Shown: in pieces, positions 45,183 through 58,784 of the stretch
Layout: every line of letters starts with the position of its first letter
Numbering within the stretch: the first letter of the stretch is position 1
From: Amoebidium appalachense
Lineage: Eukaryota; Protista; Ichthyosporea
DNA: 64,000 nucleotides
Assembly (NCBI GenBank): GCA_963693365.1
Contig: CAVNZM010000007.1
Location: 7,437,962-7,501,961, forward strand
Direction of reading: 5' to 3'
Program-made: the position numbers and the translations under genes
The notes under the pieces: model-generated
The model's database searches: none
What the model was told of the DNA's origin: nothing
What the model saw: the letters and a program-made list of their open reading frames with translations, nothing else

Positions 45183-45249
45183 ACTAATTGCGTTTTCTGA
45201 TTGGATAAGAGAGCATCAATGCACTTTACACCAATCAGAACGCTATTAG
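45183..45249. promoter_or_regulatory. Inverted pair of CCAAT boxes upstream of the ATPase start
   Basis: CTAATTGCGTTTTCTGATTGG ... CCAATCAGAACGCTATTAG imperfect inverted repeat, ~550 bp upstream of the ATG at 44643. Confidence 0.4.
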
Positions 45250-45732
45250 CCTAACGCTTTATGGCAAACTTCAGCACCATTTATGGTTTTAGCGCGCAGC
45301 TGCCAGTTCGGTACGTTCAACTGCGAGACTCGAGTCGACGAGAGCAGTCTTGTCTCAGACCTTGTCTCTCGAAGTGAAAGCCTCCTTGGCTCCCATACAT
45401 CTGCCGACGCCTATTTGAGGCCACCGCACAATAACACTACAATTCTCAAGGCCCAAAAAGGCACAAAGCTCGCTCCTCCTTACGCTCCTTACGCCCTGCA
45501 GTGGCTCTCTCACTTCATACTAATTATGCATTGACCGAGGTCGACCAGGATTCGAAAAAGCTGCTTTTGCTATTCTCAGAACATCGCTTCCTCTTTACCT
45601 TGACAGTAACATTTACCTCGTTCCTCCCTCCCCCTCCCCCACCTCTCCCCCCTTCACATACAAACACACACACATACACCGTGACACACACACACACACG
45701 CACACGTGCACGCACGCAGGCACGCACGCACA

Positions 45733-45807
<75 letters not shown>

Positions 45808-45815
45808 CATACACA

Positions 45816-45855
<40 letters not shown>

Positions 45856-47256
45856 CCCCTCTCACCTCATCTTATTAAACCTCTCCCACCTGCCACCTAG
45901 CAAGCGTTAGCCTTCACGCCTGGCACGTCATGGCAGATTACACAACTTTCAGTACATGCATATGTGTGTCTCCGACTCTAGTGTATGTTCCTTCAAGTTA
46001 TTTGCAGCAGCATCCTGAGTGTATGTTACTTCAAGCTTATAATTAATTAGGTTACTTGCAGCATCATTGCAATCTGTGCAAGGTTCGTACCAGAGCCACT
46101 AAAGCCTCTTTATCTCGAGAGGTATTGGGGCCTTGGCCAGAGCCCAGGAGTACCCTTCGCGCATGGAACAAGATGTACGTTACGTAAGTGAGTTATGTGC
46201 GCGAGACTTGTTTGCCCGGACTTTTGAAGGGAGGCACTAGCATTCCTGTATTTACGGGAGCAGCTTTTCCTTTCTTCTTTGGTGACCCGCCATGCTGTAT
46301 ATTGTGTCTGAGACTCGTTTTGTGCCTAGCCACACGGCCCAGAGAAAACTCGCTCGGTTCAACCATGACGTTTGGCCCCTTCTTTTCAAACCCTTGATGG
46401 GTCCGTTCACACACATACTCCAACTTTGTGTAGCTGCATGCCTCTGCACGATGTATGTACGATATAAATCACTGAGCAAGTAAAGATATGTACGTCGTGA
46501 CTCGAGTGTTCAAGAAATTTGTATACCGTGATTCGAGTGTTCAAGACGCGGAATCATCTGATTGACGCAAAGCAATCTTGGCCTTGCATGGAGACGACAT
46601 ATAGATGCTCGTTCAAAGGATCATTTGAAGTCTATATTAGTGCACTATACAAACAGTATTATAGTGAATGCAGGGTTTTTTTGACTAGTGTTGGGAAAAA
46701 CCATTGCAGGGCAAACTCTACTGAGCTTGCTTTTTGGGCTGTGAGAAGCAAGTCTTTTCCGCTTGGTGTCTTCTCTGCTTTAGAGACCCTCGTGCACCAT
46801 TCTAATATAGACGCTATACAACACAAACTCGTAGAAGGGTTGTCAATTGTGACCAGTTGTCAAAGTTCGTTATAAAAAGGTTACCACGGCAGTGTGCTGA
46901 TGCTCTTCGCATGGGTTTCATTTGTGTGGCAAAGTTGCTTGGGAAGTTAAGTATTGGCTTGTAGCACCATAGCAAGGGCTGACGGCAGCACCAGCTGGCT
47001 TTATTTTCAAATAGCGACTTGAATGGCCCACAGGGCCTAATTTTGTGACTGGAAACCGTCACGATAAAACAGAATAATATCAAGCTACATGTGCTACACA
47101 TTTCACTATTCGGAACATCATACAAGGTAGGAGAAAAAAATTTGCTTCGGTTCACTTCAAGACGACGGTGTTTATAAGCTTCCCCACAGGAGACTTCTTA
47201 CTCGTAGGTAAGACGATGTTGCTCTACCAAAAATGTCGCGCGTCACAGGGAGGGGG

Positions 47257-47541
47257 TTACAGCCGGTCGTGGCCAAAGTTTTCAGCCTCTGTTCTGAAAT
47301 AGCTAGACATCATGTAGGCAGGAGCCTTTGGGGCTGGCCGTGTGCGTGCCGGTCCAGCCATGTTGGCCTTTTGGCGTTCGGAAGTAGTGACACTCACACC
47401 CGGAGACGCTCCCGTAGCTGTGTTAGGTGGCTTGATGCTGTTTAGGCCGCTTGTTGAGGTGCCGGCAGCAAGGCTACTGCTCAGGCGGGAGTAGAGAGGG
47501 CGCATGAGGCCACACTTGGTCACTTTTGAACACAGCATCAT
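47257..47541 (-). CDS. Possible small hypothetical protein (94 aa) or first exon
   Basis: ORF in GC-richer unique sequence ~110 bp downstream of a strong TATATATAAA (minus strand, ~47648-47658). No recognisable domain. Confidence 0.25.
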   Translation of the reverse strand: MMLCSKVTKCGLMRPLYSRLSSSLAAGTSTSGLNSIKPPNTATGASPGVSVTTSERQKANMAGPARTRPAPKAPAYMMSSYFRTEAENFGHDRL

Positions 47542-48512
47542 CGATTGACGATTTAGTTTCCAGGGTCTCTATGCGTCCTCTTTACCGTCGCTACCTTGAA
47601 AGGAAGGCCATTCTGGTACAAACGGGGTCGCGGCGGGTGACTAAGGCTTTATATATATGCTGGCGGTGGCTAGGATCAACCAATAGTAGGGCTTAATGCT
47701 GAATGCTTTTTTGGCGGAATTATCAACCCATGATAAATGGGAGACTGTGGACTGCTTGGAACTCCCCATATGTCGTAAGAATTCTTGATTCACATGAGTA
47801 ACTTCCTTTTGAACGCTGCCATGAAAAAAAAAATAGAAACTATACAAGAACCTTGTTTTTTTCTCAAAATACACAGGCATAGCTCACTACTCGGTAAGGT
47901 GATTACAAGGCCGTGCAGCACTGGAGCAGCACAAGCCACCGTTTGTTAAAAACACGTATTGTGTAACACGTATTGTGTATTTCGATTGGACTAGAATTGT
48001 TTTTAAAGCTTCCTGGCCAATCCTGTATGTATGGCTTTTGGCCACCTTGCTCGACCAGTGGGCACAGCTGATGATCAAAAACTTAATGGGCCAACTTGTA
48101 AAACCAAAGTAAAAATAATCCAGCTCTCTTTTGTAGTAGAAAAACTATTCTTATGGACGTCTATAACTGATGTTTTTAATAATCAGCACTTTCAAGCCAC
48201 TAAGGCGAACTATACATCACTGATCACAGCTCTGCTAAAGAATATGGACTTCGAATTCGATAATTTACACTTCTCTGAGCCTCCTGGGCTGGCACCAATC
48301 ATGACCATGCATGTGGCGTAGGCACTGGCTTTCACATGTAAATTCTGCAAGCCTCCAAATCAATAGAAAGAAACAGGGTGATGGCCGGCACTCGCAGGCT
48401 CAGAGCTCACTCAGCTCAGCCCCGCAAGCGCGCAGCCTCAGAAAGTGGGCACTTTGAAAGAACACCGCATCATGCCAAGTAAAGACTCTATCTCTCTCTC
48501 TCCGTCTCTCTC

Positions 48513-48558
<46 letters not shown>

Positions 48559-48645
48559 ACCTACCTGTCCCGTCGAGAGTACCCCTGTCGCTCTCTCACT
48601 CACACACTCTTTCGCTCTCTCTCTCTCTCACTCCCACTTTCTCTC

Positions 48646-48708
<63 letters not shown>

Positions 48709-48923
48709 CCTCCCCCCCCCCCCCCTTCTCACTCTCCACCCCCTCCCTTCCTCTCTCTCTTACTACCCCCCCTCACTCTCACAGACACACACACTCTCTC
48801 TCTCTCTCCGCCTCTCTCTCTCTCTCTCCCTCTACTCCGCCCCCGCCCCCCCCACATACACACACACACGCTCACTCTATCTCCCCCACCCCCTCTATCC
48901 TCCCTCATTCTCTCTCCCTCTCT

Positions 48924-49021
<98 letters not shown>

Positions 49022-50007
49022 GTCTCTCTGTCTCTCGCCGTCTCCCTACCTCTCTCTTTTTTGTTTGGTTTCTGGGTTTTTTTTTCTTTCTTTCCTTTTT
49101 TTTATATTTCTGTATATGTTCCCCTTTAACCCGCTTTCAAGATGGCCCCCATGCACCGACCAAAACCACAAGCATTATACAAACCCCGGTTCTGGTTTAT
49201 GCAACGATACCTTTCCCCACCGGCCCTACTACAGCAGTACCCCTCACTACCAAAGACGATATGGTTCCAGAAAAAAAACTCCCCAGCCATCCTGGCGTCC
49301 GCATAAGATCGCGTACCCCACACACATTCCACACACAACCCCACAGCCCGATCCCACCATACAAGACCCCAAGGCCATATGAATAGAAGGTGTGAGTTTT
49401 GTGCTGAGTTTTGCTGCTGTCCTTGCGAGTGTCTGCTACAACAGCAGGTATTATAATACTTCAGATGCTTTGTTGAATCCTCTTCGTCACCATGGCCAAG
49501 GCCTGAGATATTGATTCTGCTATTTTCGAATGCACACAGTATTCAGGTATCCCGTGGTACGCACTTACTCTTAGTGTTAGCTAACTCGTAGAGTTTTTTT
49601 CTTTTCCCTGTTGGGTATGCAGTGCATACTCCTATACCTTGATCGTATAAATAAATAAAGTCAAGAAAATAAGCTTCCTACCCCCCCCCCCCCCCCCCCC
49701 CCTCCTTCTCCTGACTGAGGTCTGCCCAGCCGAATCCCGTCCCGTTGGAACACTCACCAACTCTCACTCGCGCACATACGACCTCTTTTGCTGTTCCGCT
49801 GTGCCACTCAATCATTACATTCTCATAGTCTTCCTTGCTGCTGAAACCAATATATCATCCGAGTTTAATTTTGAAACTTTAAACAAAGAAAGAAAGAAAG
49901 AAAACTGCCGGTATATACTCCTTGTGTGAAAGTTTCACGAATTTTGTTAAACGTGCTACTGTAGTAGTTCGTACTGCATGCGCATGCCTCAGATGGTTTC
50001 CCCTTCC

Positions 50008-50051
<44 letters not shown>

Positions 50052-50444
50052 AAAAAAAGAAAGAAAGAAAGAAAAAAAAAACCTCCCTCCAAAACACATT
50101 CACACACTCACACACTCACACACTCACACACTCACACACTCACTCACACACTCACACACTCACACACTCACACACTCACACATACACACACTCACACACT
50201 CACTTACACCACCCCTGCCCCAGTGTCATCCACCACTACCACCACTGGGCTACCACACTAATAGTAATGCAGCAGTTAAAGTTTATGCTAATCATATCTG
50301 CGGGCACCCAATGTCAGAAGAATATAACTTTCCCTCTGTTTATAACATAGCTATAATTAGGGTATGTATTTGGCAGCCGAAAAAGATCGTATTCGTGGTG
50401 GATGTTGCGCTGGGGCAGGGGTCGTGGTTCAATATTCGCGTGCC

Positions 50445-50579
<135 letters not shown>

Positions 50580-51203
50580 ATAGGTGACCTTACACAACAC
50601 TGTACCACTCATCTTCATGAGCTGGCAGTGACTTCCTCTCCTTTTTGCTCTGCATACGTACAAAATCGTACCTCAGTATATTATCATACGGTTGATGGGC
50701 CGCAATATCTTCACAGAGGACTTGCTCATTGCACATTTTAACAATACAGTAAACATTTACAGCATAAACATTAAATACTTACAAACCTCAAGCTGCTATA
50801 CAATCCATATTCATTGAATCATACAATAATATACTTAATGGTTATATTACGACAATTCTAACAATATCGGTGGATGAAATCTTTCCTGCTTTCGACACTC
50901 TGCTACAGAAACACAGACCGCATGCCCAAACTCTACTCCTCTATTGTTACATCCATGAAATCCCCTCCTTCCCTTCCCCCCCCCCCCCCCCCCCCCCTCA
51001 CACACACACACACGCACACACACACACCACCACCACCACCCAACCCAAATCAACCCCCCCCCCCCCCCATGGGGGGAGGGGGGGGGGGGGGGGGGCCTCT
51101 GCTTATTATGCATACTCCTTATGTGCGGTTTACACTCTGCATGTGTTGTAATATCAGATGGTTGTGCATGTGTACTTCGTTCTCTGACACATTCACCCCC
51201 TCT

Positions 51204-51235
<32 letters not shown>

Positions 51236-51273
51236 ATAAACCATACGTGATCACCGGTCGTCACGAGCTACTA

Positions 51274-54007
51274 TCAGGTAGAGGCCCCAAGCCGTTTCCC
51301 CATCCCCTGCCTATTGACTTGCTGCATGAACTGTGTCTGCAGCATACCGTATTGGGATTCAACACTTGCACTCCGACTCCTCATACCCAGTAAGGCGCCA
51401 ACATCACTCGAGCTCGTAGTTGATTCCAAGCTGTTTGTGCGGCCGTGAACACCCATCGGTTGGTTGGTATGAGACATGTCGTTGCTGTTGCAGCGGCCAC
51501 GGGTTGCTAATGACCCTCCTCCAATTGGAATTTCGTTGCTGGGTGAGTGCCCAATAGCGGCGAAGGGACGATCGCCTCCATTCACGGACCTGGGTAATGG
51601 AATAAGTTTAGGCGAGATAGGGACACACGTTTGGCGTGATCGTTTCTAACTGAAAGCACATGAAGTGGCCTGTGGGCTACTCTCATACCTGCCTGCAATT
51701 CTACTCTAAGAGCAAAATGCTTCTGTTTCAAGTTTATTAGCAAGCTTTGAGAAGGCATGGGAAAGCGAGGAGAGATAGCAATACGAGCCAACACCTATTA
51801 GCAAACTCATACAAATTTCCTAAAAAAAAATTGGATTTGGGTGTGAATGGGTTGGTGGTGGTGCTGTTACAGGTTCATGTGTGTTTGCGGTGGGGTGGGG
51901 GTTGGGGGGGGGGGGGTTGGGGGGGGGGGGGTTTGAATGCGTCAAAAAGTACGAAGTACACAAGAACAAACGGATAACACGATGCAGAATGCAAGCCATA
52001 CATAAAGAGTATGCACAATAAGCAGAGCCCATCCTCAGGGGGGCCCCACGTCATCCACAGTACCCGAGTTTCGACCTATTCACCTCGTTAACGAAACGCA
52101 ACTCAGACACTGTTTCACTTGAACATGGGTAGGTCACCCGTCTTGATCAGAGACGAGCAGGGTTGCTTATGCAGGCAAGGGCAGTGGGAAAGGCCGGGGG
52201 TTAAAGTAGGGGGGGAGGGAGGGAGGCGGGGAGGAGGGGGAAGGGGGGAGGGGGGAGGGGGGGGGGGATACCCTGCACGTCCACGTGTAGAACCCAACGG
52301 CATACCCGGATGGTTGACAAGAGACACGTTTGACCGACCGTAGCTATGCTCCAGCAACGCATTTGATTCGTTGTTGCTGTGAACCCCGTTTGATGATTGG
52401 TGTATGCTTGGGTGGAATGCAGACGGCAGGGTATTGGAGATGCCGATGGAATGCTCGTTGCTAGGCATGGCGACATGTGATTGGCTGTGGGTGCTCTTGG
52501 TATGATGGGAGCCCGCCACCGACAGATCATCCGTAGTTGCTGTCCTTGCGGCTCTAGACTTTTCCACAATCTTATGCAACTTCTGCAGGCGCACGTAAAC
52601 TAATACGAATGTGCCTGTGCACAAGAGGAAGCCCAAAAATAGAAGGATCGCCGACACCGCCATAGCAATCACAATCATTGATTGGTCCTCGATCACGCTG
52701 TCTTCGGGCTGGATTGCCAAAACAGGTGCGATTGGCCGATTGCGAATAGGGGCGGCGATTTTGATTGGTGGAGAACGCAGATTTGCCGATCCTTGCTCGT
52801 TCCCCATTGGTAGTTGAGACGAAGTGGCGCGGCGGCGGCGGCGACCAACACCTCCGGTGGATGCGTCCGCATAATCGACAACTATGGTAATATTCAGCTC
52901 GATGCTATTGGTTACGGTACCGTCGGGGTTGACCTTGCCCTCGGATAGGGCTTCACGTCGCCGCAGAGCTGTAGGGAAAAACGGAAAGAGTTAATTAACA
53001 TGTCTTTTCGTTCCGATTCTACCCGTTCCCCTTCCCTTCCTTCCCCCCCCCCCCCCCCCCCCCCCCCTTCTTCCTGCCTCCACCTCCTCACCTCATCTCA
53101 CCAACCCATTTGACATCACGCATCTCTGAGCTGAACCACTGCCTCGACCTGCCCCAATAACAGTTTCTTTCTACCCAACTGCTACCAACACGTACACACA
53201 CACAGCCTTCGGACGCACACAGACACACACCAACTACACACCTGTCGTTTTGACGTATCCAGTAGTAAAGATGTTGTTAGCCCAATGTCCACCGCATGTT
53301 TGGGTCTCGTTTCCGGGGCAAGGATAGTTGCAGTCCTTAGGTGCCAATCCATACTGGCCAAATGTGTCGCCACAAAAGCACATGGTACCCTCTTGTGTGG
53401 CGGCGTATTTCTTGCCCGCTTCATAACACATTTGAACACATTGATCCTGTTGGCCCGGCCCGATTCGAATGTTAGTGGCGTTTACTAGTACTTATGGTGG
53501 TGCAAGTTGTGCCTAGTGGAGCTTGGCTGTCAACCTGCACAGAAGGACGGATCTGCTTGAAAGTAGAGTTTCTTTTCTTGCTATGAATTATGTTCATTTT
53601 CTTCAGTGGTGGTAAGGGCAATGGTAGTGGTGGTGTGTCAGGCGTGTTTGTTTGTGTGTGTGAGCTCGCACGTGCGCACGTGTGCGTGTTCTTTTTTTTT
53701 TCTTTTGTTTTTTTTTTTTTTGGGGGGGGGGGGGGGGGGTTGTACCTGTGTGGCGATTGTGCCGGCGTTATAGGGAAGATCTCTCTGAGGTTTGTCCTTG
53801 TAGCAGCCCACATTCACTGCCCACCATCATGTTAGCCCTAGGCACCAAGAAGTTGAAAGAAGTGTTTCAATCAAAGCTATAATATTTCATGTGTGGCCAC
53901 AAGCTAACCTATATAGACAATCCAAAGGAGAGTGGCCGTGAATGGAGGCAGCAGGAGTACGAGTAGGGCAGAAGACAGTGTGGGTTTCATGAAGGGGAAA
54001 GGAGGCG

Positions 54008-54050
<43 letters not shown>

Positions 54051-54891
54051 GAAGAACAAAAGCGAGCGTGTGTGTGGTTTTTGAATTGTAACGTGCTTCG
54101 TTCCTGTTAGGTTACTAGCAAAGCAAAAAGAAACACCCAGTGAAATATTTGATCATACGGTAGCCAACGTGAAGCCTACATTTCTTTGTAGTTGTATTTG
54201 TAGGCGTAGTAGTAGTTGCAGTATCATTCCCGGCCCCTGCGACGCTTTCAGGGACCACCATAAACGACTGAACCCTGTTGTCCCAACTCTGCCCAGACGC
54301 ATCCACAAACGTAGCCATGTTGTACGTTACGCACGCCGTGCTACCTTGAAGTGTTAGCATAGTCCCCTCAAACATTAGTTGGTCATACACGTTGATCTTG
54401 GTGATGTTGCAAAGGGTGATAGATGAGATGTTGTTGCTTAAGCCGGCGGGAAGGGAGGGGACCATTGCCGTGTTGTCGTACTGGGAGAAGCGGCCGGTTT
54501 CGAATGGGTCCGTGTAGGCGTAGATGGTGTTGGGGCTTGCTGTGGGAGCGAGGAGATGTTATTAAAATCGAATAAAAGCTTTTTCTAAAAGCCTTCAGGT
54601 TTAAATCGGTAGGGCATGGTTGAAGAGGTGGAAAGGAATAGAAAAATTGGGTGTGTACGGTGTGGGTGGGTGGGTGGGGTGGGGGGGAGAGGGCAGGGAG
54701 GGGGAGGGGTGGGGGGGGGGGGGGGGGGGGGGGGGGGATGAATGGATATGAAATCATGAGAAAATGGGGACGGTTCATCATGAGCTTCTAGGGGTTCCTG
54801 GGGGCTGGGGTGGGGGGGCGGGGGGGGGGGGGGGGGGGGGTTCAGAGGAGGGTTAGAATGGGGGGGGGGGGGGGAGGGGGCACGGGGCGGT

Positions 54892-54922
<31 letters not shown>

Positions 54923-55449
54923 GGGGGGGTGCGTGCGTGCCTCTTTGAGGGAACACATGGTCCTTTACTTGCCTCTTGTTTGGGTGCTTGCACAGGCCAC
55001 GTCCGATGTCATGTTGATGGGCGTGAGAGGCACAATAGTCCCAGACCCCCCCGTGGTTGTGATGTAGGATTGTGTCGCAATCGAAGTAATGTTTTCGTTG
55101 TTTGTGGTGTTGCACACAGTACCAGTGTTCTCAACCGCCTGACGTGTAATGGTTGTGATAGATGCTGCCGTGATGTCGATTCCAACGGCAGAAGGAATAA
55201 TATCTACTGTGTAGTAGATGGGGGTGCCGAGGACAAGTGGGCCGGACGTGTCGAGAGGGATGGTCCGCGCTTCGTCAGCCCTGTGTACAGTGTGTGTTGG
55301 GGGGCGGGGGGAGGGAGGGGGGGGAGGGGGGGAGGGGGGGGGGGGGAGATGGGGCGGGAGGAAGGGGGGAGGGGGGAGGGGGGGGGGGGGAGAGGGCCCG
55401 GAAACGGGGCGGGAGGAGGGAGGGGAGGGGGGAGCGCGTAAGTGGGTCT

Positions 55450-55480
<31 letters not shown>

Positions 55481-56418
55481 GGGTTTGGGGGAGGGGTTGT
55501 CTTGATCTAAGTGTGTGATGGTGTGTAAGTTGTGTGTGCCTGTTATTTCTTGTTTCGTTCAATGTTTTACCTGCTGCTATTTCATGGACTCCTTTTCAAC
55601 TTCAGGCTGGTTATCCCTTATGTTTTTGTATTCAATAGTTTTCTTTTCTTAAGGCTGGGCTGAGCGTGGGGGGGAGGGAAGGGGTGGGGTGGGGTGGGGG
55701 TGGAGGTGGGACAGGGAAGAGGGGGGAGAGGGGGGGGGGGGGGGGGGGGGGAAGGGTTTGTTACCAAAGTTGTGGCTGGGCCGAGAAGGGAGACGAGAGA
55801 TCTGACTGTGAAGTCAGACAGTAGTCTTTTGCATCCAAATACACACTGACCTCCACTCCCCCAGTAGGAAGGGGGGGACACAGAGCTGAAGGGAACAGTT
55901 CGCCATTTTGGGAATGTTGCTGGCACGCTACAGGTACCCCCTGCAGCACATATAGACCGGAGATTTGGCACCCCACCATTTGAAATTTCATCATTTGCTT
56001 GCAAACCCCCCCGGAAGGCGCGGAGTCGCATTGCTGTCCTATTGTCTCCCACTGACTGATAGATACATTTGTGCTTGTGGAATAGGTGATAGAGCTGTTT
56101 CCCAGTGCGGGTGTCGGGATAACGAATGGATATACCAACAAAGTCGCAATTTCGATATCTGTTTTGAGGGCGGTAGGGTCGTGGGTGACGTTTGTGATGA
56201 CGGCCTGGGCCTTGAAGTTGATGTCTGTGGGTAGGTGCACGGTAATGGTGGCAGTGACGGTGTGTTGCCTGTGTGTGCAAACGGTGAGTATAGGTTTGTT
56301 TTGGCTAGCAAGTCAACAGAAAACACGTCGGTCTTCTTCATGATACCTTCCCGAGTTTCCGAAGTTTCTTTAATTGGTGGAGGTGGTGGTGGAGGTGGTG
56401 TGCGTGTGTGCGTGTGTG

Positions 56419-56462
<44 letters not shown>

Positions 56463-56480
56463 GTTTTTTTATGTGTGTGT

Positions 56481-56541
<61 letters not shown>

Positions 56542-58090
56542 GGGGGGGAGGGGGGGGGGGGGAAGGAGGTGAGGGGAGGGGGATGTATGCAACGGAGGGT
56601 GGCAATCATAGAGAGCAAAACCATTGAAAACGCCCGGATAAAAAGCACAAAAGACGAAAAAACAGTTCCGAAAGCCTTGCGTGAGTGCTGGGGGAGGGCG
56701 AGGGGGGGAGGGAGGGGGGAGGGGGGAGGGGGGAGGTGGGGGGGGGGGGGGAGGGTAACACATACCTATCGAGTTGGATGCGAACATTTGATACGGCATT
56801 TGCTGTGCGGGTCTGCAGGCCCACTCTCGTGTTGACGTCTTCGTTGAACAAGACGGTAAGCTCGGCAAGGTAGCTCACAAACCTGCACGTGTGGAAGGGA
56901 GGGTGGGGGAGGGGGGGGGGGGGGGGGGGGGGGAGTTACTAAGGAGATTATGAATGGGGAAGATTTGCGCGATGATGACACTTAGAGCGCGGCGTTGCAT
57001 GAACAAATTATGGGGGGTCGGACGATGTGGGTGGGGAAGCTGTTGCACTGTTGCGAGCTGGGAATCATTGACAATGTTTAGTACTATGGGGTGGAAAGGA
57101 GCAAAATAGAAATCTACTACTTTTTTAGCGAGTTCCTATTGGTCAACGGCATAGCAGCCAATGTGCTCATGATCATGATCAATTATGGCGTTACGGTATG
57201 TATATATGACGGCGGCTTAGTCAAAAGTTAGCCTTGGAGCTACTATCGAGGAATACACACTATTCGAAAGTAATTTGAAGTACATCAAGCCTTTTTCCTA
57301 ATAGTAAACAGGCTTTGGGTGCCTAATAAAAAGTTTTTGTAGTGCCTTGTAGATAGCGCGGTGCGCAAACTTAGACCGGCGCAGAGCTAGCCAATAATCA
57401 TTGAGTCATGACTCATGAGCCGCGCCAGTCAGTTAGCCAATCAGCGGCTGTTAGCCTCCTTGAATCTGCCAGGTCAAATCAACCAATCACATAGCCCTAA
57501 AAAAGTAGTATCGTTTCTATTTTTGTTCCTTTCCACCCCATAGTCCTGTCAGGGTGCGGTATACGGGAGCGAAGAAGAAAAGAGGGATTGAGGTTGGGTT
57601 TAGTGAGGGGGGGAGGGGGGGGGAGGAGGAGGTTGCAATTGGCAATGTATTTGGGTGGAGCGGGAGAAGGAGGGAGGAATATATAATCACCTGTCCGTTT
57701 TTTGCCTTTGCAGGTTGCAGTTACCGAGGCGATTGAATGCCATCTTGATGTCCTGGGAGGAGCGGCATGATTTGGCATGAATTTGCATGGCCATGGCAGC
57801 CATGGACCCCCCCAAATCTCTGCTGTAGCTGCAGTTGCCGAGCCCCACCTCTGTCACCAGCCGTGTGCTGTACCACTTGCCAAGGTCTGGCCCGGGGATT
57901 GGAAATTTTAGTGGGGTTCGGTGAGGCCGTTGAACGTCAGGATAAAAAGCAACAGCTCCTCCGGACCCCCCCCCCCCCCCCCCCGTCCTCCTTTCCAAGC
58001 TTATCTATCCCCACCCCGGGCCCACAAAATGAACACACATGCGCGCGCAAGGACACAGACGCGTGCGTGCGGCATGCGCGCGCGCGCGCG

Positions 58091-58181
<91 letters not shown>

Positions 58182-58784
58182 ACGCGCGCGCGCACACACA
58201 CACACACACAGTTACGCGCGCGCGCACACACACACACACAGTTACACGTGACACACACGCACACACGACACACACTTGCACACACACCAAAAACAACGAG
58301 TAGCACAAAAGAAAATGTGCATGAGCACGAGCAATAGCTGCTCACCTGCGACCATCTGCACCTGGTTGTTTCTGATGGCGGCGTCAGACACATTGACCCC
58401 GAAGTTCGCCTCCAGCAGAGGGGGGGTTCTTGGCATGCATCCGGGCAAACCATCGTTGGCGGCGAGTGCAACATTTGTGATGTTCAGCGAAAGATTCGGC
58501 TCAGAGAAAGTAAACAGAATAGGCCCCAAGTCCAAGATACTGGTACCTCCAACTTCAATAATACTTGTGTTGTCTGGCTGCCCAATGATGGTCAAATTGC
58601 TATTCAATGTTATGGCTGAGGCCTCCTGATAGGTCCCTGCCATGAGTTGTAGTGTTGTGCTTGGTGCGGCATTCTGGATAGCTGTAGAAAGTGTGTTTTG
58701 GCCGGGAGGCACGGTGAGGGTTGCACCAAAGGCAAAAGTTGTGGCATGAGCCCACAAAAGGGCACCAAGAAATATCCCAGCCAT
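51274..58784 (-). CDS. Type-I membrane glycoprotein (~1094 aa): signal peptide, beta-helix-cap-like N-terminus, Cys-containing beta-rich region, beta/gamma-crystallin-like domain, WSC domain, RRRRR site, TM helix, S/H/N-rich cytoplasmic tail
   Basis: Ten phase-consistent exons: 58784-58346, 57958-57691 (weak acceptor), 56882-56766, 56268-55765, 55280-54973, 54539-54180, 53816-53746, 53446-53242, 52968-52272, 51589-51274. WSC: [13 protein letters not shown]...[24 protein letters not shown]...[15 protein letters not shown]. Crystallin-like: NNISSI...VYDQLMFEG...[12 protein letters not shown]: [29 protein letters not shown]. Confidence 0.85.
57083..57544. mobile_element. MITE (~460 bp) with ~46-bp imperfect TIR, in intron 2 of the membrane protein gene
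   Basis: ACTATGGGGTGGAAAGGAGCAAAATAGAAATCTACTACTTTTTTAG vs CTAAAAAAGTAGTATCGTTTCTATTTTTGTTCCTTTCCACCCCATAGT. The interior carries several CCAAT motifs. Confidence 0.8.

Noticed and set aside
53490-53536. Possible extra exon in the WSC domain ([14 protein letters not shown])
   Set aside because: It would break the phase and the WSC Cys spacing; direct 53746-53446 splicing fits.
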